The translations under genes and the position numbers were made by a program. DNA of 64,000 nucleotides, taken from the IMG/VR virus record IMGVR_UViG_2778260992_000001; one strand, 5' to 3'. This document shows positions 39,361 through 49,049 of this stretch, piece after piece (positions within the stretch are counted from its first letter, which is position 1; each line of letters starts with the position of its first letter). The stretch is from a virus (lineage: Duplodnaviria > Heunggongvirae > Uroviricota > Caudoviricetes). A model generated the notes under the pieces. It did not search any database and was not told where the DNA came from. It saw only the letters and a program-made list of their open reading frames with translations.

Positions 39361-39976
39361 TATGTTCGGGATGTCAATTACTCAATCAGATGGAAGTTTG
39401 TGGATGAGTCCAGAATTTACTCCGCAAAATCTGATTAATAAAGGGACAATGTCTACATCTAAAGGTTCTGTTTTTCAAACATCAATCCCATCAAACAAAT
39501 CATGCTTTTTCTTCATAAAAAGCAGTAATAAGGCGAACATGATGTTTATTCATGAGCATAGTAACGGATACAATGCTCTCAGATTGCATCAGGTAAATGG
39601 TAGCCCCGGAACAATAACAGTTTATGCTTTTTCTGATATGGTGTTACCACATTCTGGCTATGGCATTGCCATGTATAACAGCGCAGGCGCAATGGTGTAT
39701 CACGGTGAGATGATGCCCCTTGATGCGAAACTTATCACTATTTCGGACCCTCAATTTACCATAGATGTGGGGTATCCGTGTGCGGTAATGCCTGCTATGG
39801 TTGGGGTTTATAACTATAGACGAACCGATTACGACAGACCTGTCTATGTAACTATGACCGGTGCAACTGGAAACCAAGTATATAACGGTCAATGGTATTC
39901 CGGTAATGTCACATGGGATATTAAGAAGATTTATACAAACAAAATCCTGGTTATAAATACCTCAAAGTATGATTAG
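39361..39976 (+). CDS. hypothetical protein (AT-rich cassette, gene 2)
   Basis: ATG two bases after upstream stop; beta-rich composition. Confidence 0.4.
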
Positions 39977-40079
39977 CAAATACCTTTATTTAAAGGATTG
40001 CCTGTTAATTTCTATTTAGCACCTTTTCATTTTTGAAATAATTGCACCATTAAACAAATCTTTTCTTAATGGTGCAATT

Positions 40080-41765
40080 ATGAATACAGCCCTTTCCATC
40101 ATCGACGATGCCAACTCAAACACTGCTATCGATTATCGTCAGGAAATGAACGTCATCCACGAAATTGTGGCCGAGTGCGAGAAGGAGATCGCCTTCATGT
40201 ATCAGGTTCACGACTTCGTTTATGGAGACGAACGCCACAACATGATTAATCGCCTGCTGCAACTGAACCACCGACCAGATGAAGAACGCTCACGTTTGAA
40301 TCGAGCTTGGCTGGATAAAGTCGATCTGGAATGGGTGAAACAGAATATTTGGGCCGAGTACTGGAGGAAGGTCACGGATATGACTAACGTTCTGCTGATC
40401 ATGCCAGCTTCCCGTCGCGACGAGTGGCGTGAGCAGTTTATCGAGGGTAAGCAGGAAGTCATCAAAACTGACAGAACCGGCTATCAGATGAAGGTAAAAG
40501 AGTTCGTTGGTGTACCGGAGTTCAAAGCAGAAACGGTCATACCCACGATGCTTAATTTGCTGAATGACAGGCACAAATATCTCTCTGAGCGCGTGTATGG
40601 CTTGTTTAAGGCGCTGAGTCCTGCGCACAAGACAAATAAGACAAACGGTTTCAGCGAACGTCTGATAATCGCTGACTGCATTTCTGATTTCTGGCGGGAC
40701 AGCGTTAGCGTGAACTATCGCAAAGAGGACTACATCGACGATCTGCGTGTCTTGCTTCATTTCTTCGCGCACAAAGAATTTATTACCATCAACCGCACTG
40801 CTGAGGTGCTATCAGCTGCGTATAGGGCAAACGACTGCCAGACCGGTGACTGGATGAACGTCGATGGAAATCTGATGCGCGTGAAGATGTTCAAGAACGG
40901 CAACGTTCACTTTGAAATACATCCTGACGTGGCCTGGAAGTTGAATGAGGTGCTGGCTTACAGTATGCCTGCTGCAATCCCCGCGCCATGCCGAACTGCG
41001 CCAAAAACACGGGCACCAAAGCAGTTCGGTTTAATCCAGAAGACGATCTCCGTGCCGGTTCGCACTGCGCTTCGTGACGGGCGATTGAGCAAAGACAAAG
41101 GCGTATGGTACTTCTCTGATTCAGCTCTCCAGAAGTCGCAGGTGGAAGAGCTTGAGCGCACACTGAGCTTCATTGGCGGCGTGCAGGAGAAAAAGCACTG
41201 GCAGTTCCCGTATGAGATCGGCCATACGCTAAATACGATTGTGGCTACCGGATTAATACCGGATACAAAATCACACCAGTTCTACCCTACCCCACGCTTG
41301 ATTGCTGAGTACGTTGCCAGAGCCACTGAATTGAAGCCTGGTGAGAAGCTGCTGGAGCCTCAAGCCGGACGTGGGGATCTTCTGGCCTATATTAACGCCG
41401 ATCTGGAAGATGTTACCTGCATAGAAATCGCACCTCTCTTCGCTGATATCCTGCGTGGAAAAGGGTATACGAACACGATTTGCTGCGACTTCATAAAGTG
41501 GTCTGAGGACAACGCAGGTTATCAGTTCGACAAAATCGTTATGAACCCGCCGTACTCGCTTGGTCGTCATAGAGAGCACACGATGGCTGCGCTGGGGCAT
41601 CTGAAAGTCGGCGGGCGTCTTGTAGCAGTATTGCCGGGCACTGCGCCAATACTGGACTGGATGACGATGGATAATTACGTTTATGCCAGAGGGAAGTCGT
41701 TTACCAACGAGTTTGAAGATACCGGGATCACAGTCAGCGTATACGTTTTCAAACGCGTTAAATGA
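40080..41765 (+). CDS. N6-adenine/N4-cytosine-type DNA methyltransferase with about 400-aa N-terminal domain of unknown function
   Basis: C-terminal motifs FYPTPRLIAEYV, LEPQAGRGDL (AdoMet) and NPPY (catalytic); large uncharacterised N-terminus. Confidence 0.6.
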   Translation: MNTALSIIDDANSNTAIDYRQEMNVIHEIVAECEKEIAFMYQVHDFVYGDERHNMINRLLQLNHRPDEERSRLNRAWLDKVDLEWVKQNIWAEYWRKVTDMTNVLLIMPASRRDEWREQFIEGKQEVIKTDRTGYQMKVKEFVGVPEFKAETVIPTMLNLLNDRHKYLSERVYGLFKALSPAHKTNKTNGFSERLIIADCISDFWRDSVSVNYRKEDYIDDLRVLLHFFAHKEFITINRTAEVLSAAYRANDCQTGDWMNVDGNLMRVKMFKNGNVHFEIHPDVAWKLNEVLAYSMPAAIPAPCRTAPKTRAPKQFGLIQKTISVPVRTALRDGRLSKDKGVWYFSDSALQKSQVEELERTLSFIGGVQEKKHWQFPYEIGHTLNTIVATGLIPDTKSHQFYPTPRLIAEYVARATELKPGEKLLEPQAGRGDLLAYINADLEDVTCIEIAPLFADILRGKGYTNTICCDFIKWSEDNAGYQFDKIVMNPPYSLGRHREHTMAALGHLKVGGRLVAVLPGTAPILDWMTMDNYVYARGKSFTNEFEDTGITVSVYVFKRVK

Positions 41766-41784
41766 TAGGTAAATACTTACTTAA
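41763..41784. promoter_or_regulatory. class-2 palindrome TGATAGGTAAATACTTACTTAA
   Basis: Right after methyltransferase stop, upstream of next gene. Confidence 0.4.
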
Positions 41785-41826
41785 TTTGTGTAAGAATGTA
41801 GTAACTAAACGAGAAGAGAAAAACAC

Positions 41827-42531
41827 ATGAGCAACCTCCAGTTAGAGCATTTTAACGTCACAGGCCGTTCTGATTTTCCTTTCAAGTTTACATTGAAAGG
41901 TTATGCAGAGGATGCGGTAGGCCAGATCATTATTGATAAAGGCATCGTTAAGTTTGAGGGGGATTTTGATGAATCCGCGAAAACATTCATAGACTTCGTT
42001 GCCAAACGTTGGAGCGAGCAATGGAAAAACCTGGAAAAGCGCGCCAATGAGTTTGATCGGTTCATGGATGCAATGGATACAGCAAAAGAGGCTCTTGATG
42101 CCGGGACTCCGTTAGATCTGGAGTCACTTTTCAACGGCGAAGTGGCCTCTGCGATGTTTGCCACCATGTTCGCGGGTGAGTTCGTCCGCAGCGGTGCCAA
42201 AAACTACCTTGAGCTGGATTACAACGTCCCTGCAATTGGCGATTTCGTCGTTACCATCCAACGCAAAGAAGGTAAGACGCCAGGTGAACGCGTCGCAGAG
42301 CTTGAGGCCGTTGTGGATCAGCGTAACGGAGAGTGTGACCGTTTGATCAACGAGCTTCATGCACTTCGGGAAGAAAGAATATGTGCGGGTAGCAAGACAC
42401 GTAATGCAGCGGATATCTACTTCCAGTTAGTTGAGGAATGCCAGATTCCACCAGGTGGCTCTCTTGTCGATTACGTCAGACATTTAATGGCGGAAGTTAA
42501 CTCCAGCCATAAAGATGGTGAGGTGCGCTGA
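41827..42531 (+). CDS. hypothetical protein
   Basis: 234-aa ORF; conserved initiation context. Confidence 0.5.
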   Translation: MSNLQLEHFNVTGRSDFPFKFTLKGYAEDAVGQIIIDKGIVKFEGDFDESAKTFIDFVAKRWSEQWKNLEKRANEFDRFMDAMDTAKEALDAGTPLDLESLFNGEVASAMFATMFAGEFVRSGAKNYLELDYNVPAIGDFVVTIQRKEGKTPGERVAELEAVVDQRNGECDRLINELHALREERICAGSKTRNAADIYFQLVEECQIPPGGSLVDYVRHLMAEVNSSHKDGEVR

Positions 42532-42911
42532 TGTTTGGCATTGACGCACAGCGTATAGCCGCTTTTGCAAAAAGCCCTCTTGATAATCCCTTGTCTCGTA
42601 GTGAGCAAATGGAGCTGGCAAGGCTTTTTCTTCACATTCAAAAACAGGCAGACATTTTCAATAACATGCCTAATCAACCTATTCTGGATGGTCACATCCA
42701 GATGGTCATTAACAGTCATGAGAAAGGCTGGGCTGCAATCGTCCCCTGCACAATTACATACAAGTTGGCGAAAGAGGTTCAAGAGTTTCGAAAAGCCAGT
42801 GTCGAATCGGAGTCTACCAAAGCCGCAATAAACACTCTTATTCGCATGGGGTTCACATGGACCGGTGGAGCCTACTGGCAAGCACCTCACCCCATTTTAT
42901 CCGGCAATTAG
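42531..42911 (+). CDS. hypothetical protein
   Basis: 126-aa ORF overlapping previous stop. Confidence 0.45.
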   Translation: MFGIDAQRIAAFAKSPLDNPLSRSEQMELARLFLHIQKQADIFNNMPNQPILDGHIQMVINSHEKGWAAIVPCTITYKLAKEVQEFRKASVESESTKAAINTLIRMGFTWTGGAYWQAPHPILSGN

Positions 42912-43030
42912 ACGCTACAAATCCTTCGGCATGAATAAATAAAGGCCATAAGTTGTGGCCTTAAATAAATTGTTTTCTACATTTTCTTATTTGTGAAAAT
43001 AACCACAACTAGAAAACAACGGAGTTAAGA

Positions 43031-43672
43031 ATGTCTAGTATTTCCGAAGCTCATATGTTCGCCGCTGGCGCTCATGGTGGCGTTGGTCAGAAAAGAAAAT
43101 ATACCGGCGAAGACTACATCAACCACCCGGTTGCTGTCCGAGAGATTGTTGCATTGCATGACGGAACCGTGGAGATGCAAATCGCGGCGCTTCTGCATGA
43201 TGTGGTCGAAGACACCCATGTAACCATAGAGATGGTTCGTGATCACTTCGGTGAGCGCGTAGCTGAAATGGTTCAGGCTCTGACCAACATTGCAAGGCCA
43301 GAAGACGGCAATCGAATACAGCGTTTCATCATCAATGTCCGGGAGCTGGAGCAAAATCTCGACATGCAGACGCGCATGATCAAGCTGGCTGACCTGCTCG
43401 ACAATACCTCTTCTATCGTGAGTCGCGATCCCGAGTTTTCAGCTGTCTACCTCGCAGAGAAAGAACTGATGCTGGACGTACTCTTTCACGGCAAAGAGAT
43501 TGGTGCCAATGCTGATGTTGTCGAGTACATGGAGAGGATAGGTATAGAACACCCGTTGCTATTAAGCGCAATGGCGAAAGTCACTGAAGGTATTGCGCTT
43601 CTGAAACCGGTACACATCAAACGTTATGAAAAACACAAATCGCTGATCTGGAGCGCGTGGGAGGCTGCATGA
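43031..43672 (+). CDS. HD-domain (p)ppGpp hydrolase (SpoT/Mesh1-like small alarmone hydrolase)
   Basis: YINHPVAVREIVAL ... AALLHDVVEDT ... FGERVAEMVQALT matches the SpoT-type HD hydrolase signature. Confidence 0.75.
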   Translation: MSSISEAHMFAAGAHGGVGQKRKYTGEDYINHPVAVREIVALHDGTVEMQIAALLHDVVEDTHVTIEMVRDHFGERVAEMVQALTNIARPEDGNRIQRFIINVRELEQNLDMQTRMIKLADLLDNTSSIVSRDPEFSAVYLAEKELMLDVLFHGKEIGANADVVEYMERIGIEHPLLLSAMAKVTEGIALLKPVHIKRYEKHKSLIWSAWEAA

Positions 43673-44211
43673 AGGTCGAAAAAATAGATGTTCTTTCCTT
43701 TGTGCTGACGGATCTGGAACGCCTCGATCCGGTTCGAGTGATGATTGAAAACTACGAACCTGGTAAGGGAAGAATCACCATCACCTGCTACGGAAAAGCG
43801 TGGACTGCGGCTTGGTTTGCTATGGGCGGTGATGATGTGCAGACGTTCATTAAGCGAGTTAGCAACGATTATCTAATCGACAATTTCGACCCTCAACTGC
43901 TAAGCACGGTCGACGATGACAACGATGCAAATCTGCTTTTCGTAAAGTCAGAAATCATAAAGTTACGAAGAGAGAGAGAAATAGACGCCGTACTGGCTCG
44001 CGAAATGTGGGACGAGGCGGAAAACGCCGATGACGTAAAAGAAAGCTGCTGTTGTTTCGGCGTCGGTAACAAACTGCTGAATCTCTTTGGTGATGATCCG
44101 TGGTATGCCGACTGGCCAACGGTACCAAACCCGAAATACCAGTATCTGGAACGCATTGTGAACGCGGTACGTGAAGGGCTGAAAGAGTTAGATAAGTTAG
44201 AGGCATCGTAA
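43669..44211 (+). CDS. hypothetical protein
   Basis: Start ATG overlaps upstream stop. Confidence 0.45.
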   Translation: MKVEKIDVLSFVLTDLERLDPVRVMIENYEPGKGRITITCYGKAWTAAWFAMGGDDVQTFIKRVSNDYLIDNFDPQLLSTVDDDNDANLLFVKSEIIKLRREREIDAVLAREMWDEAENADDVKESCCCFGVGNKLLNLFGDDPWYADWPTVPNPKYQYLERIVNAVREGLKELDKLEAS

Positions 44212-44624
44212 TGAGAGAGAAAATCAAGAACCCGGTCGTCGTATTGTATAAACGGGAAACCAGCGATTCTTATGCGGTATCCATCACTGATGGAAGCCAG
44301 AACATGCACGATGGTCTGCTAATGGCCTCCGTATCTCCTGATGATTCTGACTACCCTTTCGCCACTTTCGCTATGGTTGGTTACTACATGGCTGCCGAAA
44401 TTGAGAAGTTGCGTGTTGAGCTGGAGACCGTTAAACAGCGGGAAAAGGATCTGTTTATGGAAAATGTTCGACTTAAGTCAGGTATAGCAGGTCTGATACA
44501 CCTCGGTATTCGATATGCGGATGTCGAAGTCATGAAAATAGCTGGAGATGCCCAGCTTTCTACTCCCTGTACTGACAGCATCATAAACAGTATTGCATCA
44601 GGCGTTTTCACCAAAGAGGGTTAG
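44211..44624 (+). CDS. hypothetical protein
   Basis: 137-aa ORF. Confidence 0.45.
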   Translation: MREKIKNPVVVLYKRETSDSYAVSITDGSQNMHDGLLMASVSPDDSDYPFATFAMVGYYMAAEIEKLRVELETVKQREKDLFMENVRLKSGIAGLIHLGIRYADVEVMKIAGDAQLSTPCTDSIINSIASGVFTKEG

Positions 44625-44625
44625 C

Positions 44626-44814
44626 ATGATGAGAACAGTAGAAGTTCGCGCTGAAGATGTAATCCCAGGTGATGTGGTCATAACATCTAAAGGCAAACGA
44701 TGTGCGGTTAAATCTTTCTGGATGGAAGGTGACAAAGTGACTCTGTTCGGTACGGATGGTTCCGAAACGGATTATGACTACGACGAATTGCTTGTTGTTG
44801 AGAGAGCTGCCTAA
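44626..44814 (+). CDS. hypothetical small protein
   Basis: 62 aa; start chosen at MMRTVEV after upstream stop. Confidence 0.4.
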   Translation: MMRTVEVRAEDVIPGDVVITSKGKRCAVKSFWMEGDKVTLFGTDGSETDYDYDELLVVERAA

Positions 44815-45518
44815 TGACCACCTTTACCAAAGAACAGTTAATCTCCCATGCACGCGAAAGCGTTAGTTATCTGGAAAACTTGAAAGGACGTGTTAGCAAA
44901 GAAGGTGCGGACTGCAAAGTTGTTCTTGAGATGGTTGAACGAGATCTAGAACTGGCACGAATTGCACTGGCCTCGCTTGAGGCAAAACCAATAGGTGCAT
45001 TCCACATTGCAGAACAGCAAGTTGACGGCACAAGTGACTACCTCAAGGATGGAGAATGGCCTATTGATAATGGAATTATTGAGGTCTACGCCGCCCCACC
45101 CATTCCAGTAGTACCTGAAGAAAAACCAATGCCTAACCCTCTTAAAATGTACGCGGTCGATGCTGTTGCCGCTATTGCAGAGGTGAGAGGCTGGAACGCC
45201 TGTCGTGCCGCCATGCTTCAGAGTCAAGATAGTGGCATTAAGGATAGCTGGATAAGCTGTAGTGAGCGAATGCCTGTAATCGGCGAGCTAAATTGGAGAA
45301 CTGGTTTTCCTTTGCTGATTACGTGTGAGATCGGCGTTATACCAGCTTATTACGGCTTTGTGAGCGTTAATGGGGGTAAGCATTATGGTTTTATGGAAAG
45401 TTTTAAATACGGAGACGATCGCGGCGGCCATCCTCAAACTAATGAATATGGACTGATTAGCAACGTAACCCATTGGATGCCGCTACCAGAACCTCCGCAG
45501 GAGTCGCAGAGTGAATAA
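44814..45518 (+). CDS. hypothetical phage protein with DUF551-like C-terminus
   Basis: C-terminal WISCSERMP ... THWMPLPEPP resembles the DUF551 pattern from memory. Confidence 0.45.
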   Translation: MTTFTKEQLISHARESVSYLENLKGRVSKEGADCKVVLEMVERDLELARIALASLEAKPIGAFHIAEQQVDGTSDYLKDGEWPIDNGIIEVYAAPPIPVVPEEKPMPNPLKMYAVDAVAAIAEVRGWNACRAAMLQSQDSGIKDSWISCSERMPVIGELNWRTGFPLLITCEIGVIPAYYGFVSVNGGKHYGFMESFKYGDDRGGHPQTNEYGLISNVTHWMPLPEPPQESQSE

Positions 45519-45717
45519 AGCAGAGTTATTTCAGAAAATATCGGCTCTCGCGACTGAATGTCACGCTATAGCATCTGAGCTTGATGTTGGCGGTGAACGA
45601 ACCGAGATGTTCGAAATATACAGTGTGCTGCGCAATCTCTGTCGGCGTGGCTACGCTACTCAGGTAGGGCGAATGACTAACCCACTACTTTCATTCTGTG
45701 ATGAGGATGACGAATGA
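45511..45717 (+). CDS. hypothetical small protein
   Basis: 68-aa ORF, overlapping neighbours. Confidence 0.4.
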   Translation: MNKAELFQKISALATECHAIASELDVGGERTEMFEIYSVLRNLCRRGYATQVGRMTNPLLSFCDEDDE

Positions 45718-46097
45718 TGCATAAATCAGTAGCCGGTGAGCTTCAGAAGGAAGTCGATAATACCACTGATCTATTGGACGATATTTTAAGCATTCTCGCG
45801 CTGCTTGAGGCTGGCGATTGGTCAGAACATTGCACTAAAACAGAGCTAGGCGGTCGGCTTGAAAGAGAGATTACACGACTGATTAGCGATGCCCAAAATG
45901 ATTTGTCACCTGAGCATCTCCCCTGCGATGTAGTTCTTGTGCCAGGGATGAGGATACACGAAGGCGTCAGAACGAAAACATTATTAACCGCATTACAGAG
46001 AAGAGCCGAACTAAGCTCGCGGATAAAGTTGATGCCATCCAAAATATTTGATGTCGTCAAATTTACGCCATCGCAACATACTGAGAGAGATAAATGA
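45714..46097 (+). CDS. hypothetical protein
   Basis: 127-aa ORF. Confidence 0.4.
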   Translation: MMHKSVAGELQKEVDNTTDLLDDILSILALLEAGDWSEHCTKTELGGRLEREITRLISDAQNDLSPEHLPCDVVLVPGMRIHEGVRTKTLLTALQRRAELSSRIKLMPSKIFDVVKFTPSQHTERDK

Positions 46098-46720
46098 GCA
46101 CGGTAGCGAAAGATCTCACAGAAGATATTCTCAATGAAATTATTGCTGGTGCAAATACCTCGCTTGAGCAACTTCTTGCGTTAGCACTGAGAGCCGAACG
46201 TCGAGACAGAAATCGTTTTTATGAGCGATTACCAGGGAAGCGACCAGATAGATCGGATGAAGAAGGTTGCGATATAGACTACATGGAGCCTTCAGAGATT
46301 TATCAACTTGGTAAAGATGACGGCTGGAACGCTTATCACGATGCTGTGATGAAGTTGGATGAAAAAGTTAAACCTCTTTCTCGACCGGTAGATCACGGTT
46401 TCCGCGATAACTGCGAATGCTCTAGTTGCCAGACCACGGCCCGTATTTGTTCCGAATTGACAGATAAGTCCAGCCTAATCTACGAAGTTAATGTAGGCGG
46501 TAATACATGGGTCGAATGCACAAGAGCTGCATACGTAAGAGCAAAAGACAAGGGTGAATTAACCAGAGTTGTTACCCATCACCCAAATAATGAGCTTAAA
46601 GATCACCAGATTAGAGAACTGGTGAACGAGTTGCGGGATATTGCGGTTCAGTACCACGGAGCGCAGCAATTGCGGGAGAAAATTGCCAGAGCAGTGAACA
46701 ACTCAGTCCGTAAAAAATAA
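46094..46720 (+). CDS. hypothetical protein
   Basis: 208-aa ORF; hairpin GGCCCCAT ... ATGGGGCC downstream. Confidence 0.45.
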   Translation: MSTVAKDLTEDILNEIIAGANTSLEQLLALALRAERRDRNRFYERLPGKRPDRSDEEGCDIDYMEPSEIYQLGKDDGWNAYHDAVMKLDEKVKPLSRPVDHGFRDNCECSSCQTTARICSELTDKSSLIYEVNVGGNTWVECTRAAYVRAKDKGELTRVVTHHPNNELKDHQIRELVNELRDIAVQYHGAQQLREKIARAVNNSVRKK

Positions 46721-46825
46721 GCAATAGTACGATAAAGAGGCCCCATGCTCTTGATGGGGCCTGTAGCAACTAGCGTTATGGACGCTGGTTTACGTACTCA
46801 ATGATCGCTTTGATAATCGCGAACA

Positions 46826-47127
46826 TCGGCGGCACGATTTTGAACAGTAAGTTAACCATAACAGGCCTCACTTAGTTTTATCGCGCCTAGCTGCAAATAC
46901 CTTTGGGCTTGCCTTTGCAGTTGCAATATCTGTAGTCGCCAGATACTTACGGCACGATTTCGAGTTAAGGTAAGGTTTTAGAGTCACCAAAAACCTGGAC
47001 TTAAATCTTCTTTGAGAACAACGATGTTTGGTAAATGGTCATTATTACCTAGCATGACGGCTCAACGTTTCTTGATGAATCCAGTACATTCGGTTAATCT
47101 TAGCTCAGTCGCCAGATACTTATGGCT
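46826..47127. repeat. interleaved direct repeats (GTCGCCAGATACTTAYGGC x2; GGCACGATTTYGA x2), parS-like
   Basis: Contain TCGCCA hexamers and CGATTTCGA/CGATTTTGA, resembling P1 parS box B and box A as remembered. Confidence 0.35.
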
Positions 47128-47157
47128 CAGGAACAGAGGCGCAAACTCTGTTTCCTT

Positions 47158-47190
47158 TTAAAAAGCCCAGCCTAGTCAACTGGGCTTTTT
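47158..47190. terminator. bidirectional rho-independent terminator
   Basis: AAAAAGCCCAG-cctagtcaa-CTGGGCTTTTT. Confidence 0.7.
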
Positions 47191-47485
47191 AATGTCCGTT
47201 TTTAACCAAATGTACCCACAATACCGCAACATCAGTGTCTTGCGAATTAAGATAGGATTTATAGAGACTATGTGCAAGTGCATAACTTTGTGGATAACTC
47301 GTAAAGGAAAAAGTGGTTTCCGCGGACATTAGTTCAGACAAGGAGTCTGGGAAAGTCAATGGGAAGTAAAAATTTGTTAAAAATAACGTTTGTTGGAATT
47401 GTATATATTTATGCCTTTCAATAGTTAGCATCTTATTAACATCTTTTTTAAGAGATAGAGTTCAAAAATATATAGCTTCAACATA

Positions 47486-47505
47486 TACTGTATGCATATA
47501 CAGTA
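47486..47505. promoter_or_regulatory. LexA (SOS) box
   Basis: TACTGTATGCATATACAGTA, perfect CTGT-N8-ACAG palindrome 17 bp upstream of the umuD-like start. Confidence 0.75.
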
Positions 47506-47521
47506 TTAAGAGGCGAGTATT

Positions 47522-47911
47522 ATGGGCTTCCCTTCTCCTGCGGCGGATTATGCTGAGAGCCGTATTTCTCTTGATCAGCAGATAATTAGACATCCTTCAG
47601 CGACCTACTTCATGAGGGCAGCTGATAGTCATCATCGTGAGGGAATATTACAGGGTGCATTGCTGGTGGTCGATTCCTCACTTACCCCGGTTGATGGTTC
47701 TCTGCTTGTATGCGCTCTGGATGGGGAATATCGCGTAAAAAGATACCGGAAGTATCCACGTCAGCATCTGGAGGATTTAAGAACCGGTAAGAAGGAAGCA
47801 TTGCCAAAGGATGACGATGGATGCACGGGCAGCAATGCCGTGTTTGGTGTGATCACTCACATTATCAACGACGCAAGAAGTGGCGAGTTTGATGATTGTC
47901 CCGTGATGTAG
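47522..47911 (+). CDS. UmuD-prime-like SOS mutagenesis protein (P1 HumD-like; S24 LexA-type fold)
   Basis: GFPSPAADYAESRI ... HPSATYF ... VDGEYRVKR aligns with the UmuD C-terminal domain but lacks the N-terminal arm; 129 aa; LexA box upstream; no umuC partner adjacent. Confidence 0.7.
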   Translation: MGFPSPAADYAESRISLDQQIIRHPSATYFMRAADSHHREGILQGALLVVDSSLTPVDGSLLVCALDGEYRVKRYRKYPRQHLEDLRTGKKEALPKDDDGCTGSNAVFGVITHIINDARSGEFDDCPVM

Positions 47912-47923
47912 GAGAACTGATTA

Positions 47924-47948
47924 GGCGGTGCAATGCACCGCCTTTTTA
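47924..47948 (+). terminator. rho-independent terminator after umuD-like gene
   Basis: GGCGGTGC-aat-GCACCGCC followed by TTTTT. Confidence 0.65.
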
Positions 47949-49049
47949 TCACACTGCGCGGAATGCGATTTCGCCAGGTATTACTTCACCTTGCCAATAC
48001 ATTTGGGCAGCAACGCGATCTGCGAGGTCACGATAAATAGCCGTAAATTCGCTATCTGGACGACTAATAACGGTTGGTGTTCCGTTATCCAGATCTTCAC
48101 GAAGAGAGATATGAAGTGGCATTTGGCCTAACAACTGCGTGTTGTATTTCTCGGCCAGTTTCTGTGCGCCACCGGTGCCAAAAATTGGCTCGTGATGACC
48201 GCAGTTACTGCAAATATGCACACTCATGTTTTCAACGATACCCAGTACCGGCACTTCGACTTTTTCGAACATCACAATGCCTTTCTTCGCATCGATCAGC
48301 GCGATGTCTTGCGGCGTAGTTACCACAACCGCACCAGTTACAGGAATGTTCTGCGCCAGCGTCAACTGAATATCACCAGTGCCCGGCGGCATATCGAGAA
48401 CGAGATAGTCCAGATCAGGCCACAGTGTTTCCTGCAACATCTGCATCAGCGCCTTGCTGGCCATCGGTCCACGCCACACCATTGCATTGTCGTCGGTGAC
48501 CAGATAACCAATAGAGTTGGTTGCCAGGCCATGAGACATGATAGGTGCCATGTGAGTACCGTCAGGTGAGGTTGGACGTTGGTTTTCCGAGCCCAGCATG
48601 GTTGGAATTGATGGACCATAGATATCGGCATCCAAAATACCAACTTTCGCACCTTCAGCAGCCAACGCCAGTGCCAGGTTTACCGCCGTGGAGGATTTAC
48701 CCACGCCGCCCTTGCCTGAGCTGACGGCGATAATGTTCTTCACGCCATTAATGCCTGGTTGGTTTTTGACGCGCTTAAGCGTGGCAATGTTGTACGACAG
48801 CTTCCAGTCAATAGCCTTTGCGCCAGTGATACGGAGCAGATCACCACTACATTGCTCTTTCAGGTCTTCAAAAGGCTTATTCCACACGAAAGGCATGATT
48901 AGTTCGACATGCAGTGTGTCATCCATCAACGCAACATGGTGTAACGCTTTAAGCGTAGTCAGGTTGTGTTTCAGGGTTGGGTGCTGAAAATTAGCCAGCG
49001 TACCGGCTACCATTGCTCTCAGGGCATCCGGCGATTTGGACTCGCTCAT
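47949..49049 (-). CDS. mrp: iron-sulfur cluster carrier ATPase Mrp/ApbC (host-type)
   Basis: Near-identical to enterobacterial Mrp over its length as remembered (ALRAMVAGTLANFQHPTLKHNL ... SSGKGGVGKSS ... CSNCGHHEPIFG). Confidence 0.9.
   Translation of the reverse strand: MSESKSPDALRAMVAGTLANFQHPTLKHNLTTLKALHHVALMDDTLHVELIMPFVWNKPFEDLKEQCSGDLLRITGAKAIDWKLSYNIATLKRVKNQPGINGVKNIIAVSSGKGGVGKSSTAVNLALALAAEGAKVGILDADIYGPSIPTMLGSENQRPTSPDGTHMAPIMSHGLATNSIGYLVTDDNAMVWRGPMASKALMQMLQETLWPDLDYLVLDMPPGTGDIQLTLAQNIPVTGAVVVTTPQDIALIDAKKGIVMFEKVEVPVLGIVENMSVHICSNCGHHEPIFGTGGAQKLAEKYNTQLLGQMPLHISLREDLDNGTPTVISRPDSEFTAIYRDLADRVAAQMYWQGEVIPGEIAFRAV

Noticed and set aside
47101-47140. tRNA-like string TAGCTCAGTCGCCAGATACTTATGGCTCAGG
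   Set aside because: Resembles a D-arm only; no acceptor stem, anticodon stem or T-arm (GTTCRANYC) could be assembled; it belongs to the direct-repeat set in this region. No tRNA was found by eye anywhere, with limited sensitivity.
47189-47431. 80-aa minus-strand ORF over the umuD-like promoter region
   Set aside because: AT-rich promoter DNA with the LexA box nearby; hydrophobic low-complexity translation; likely spurious.
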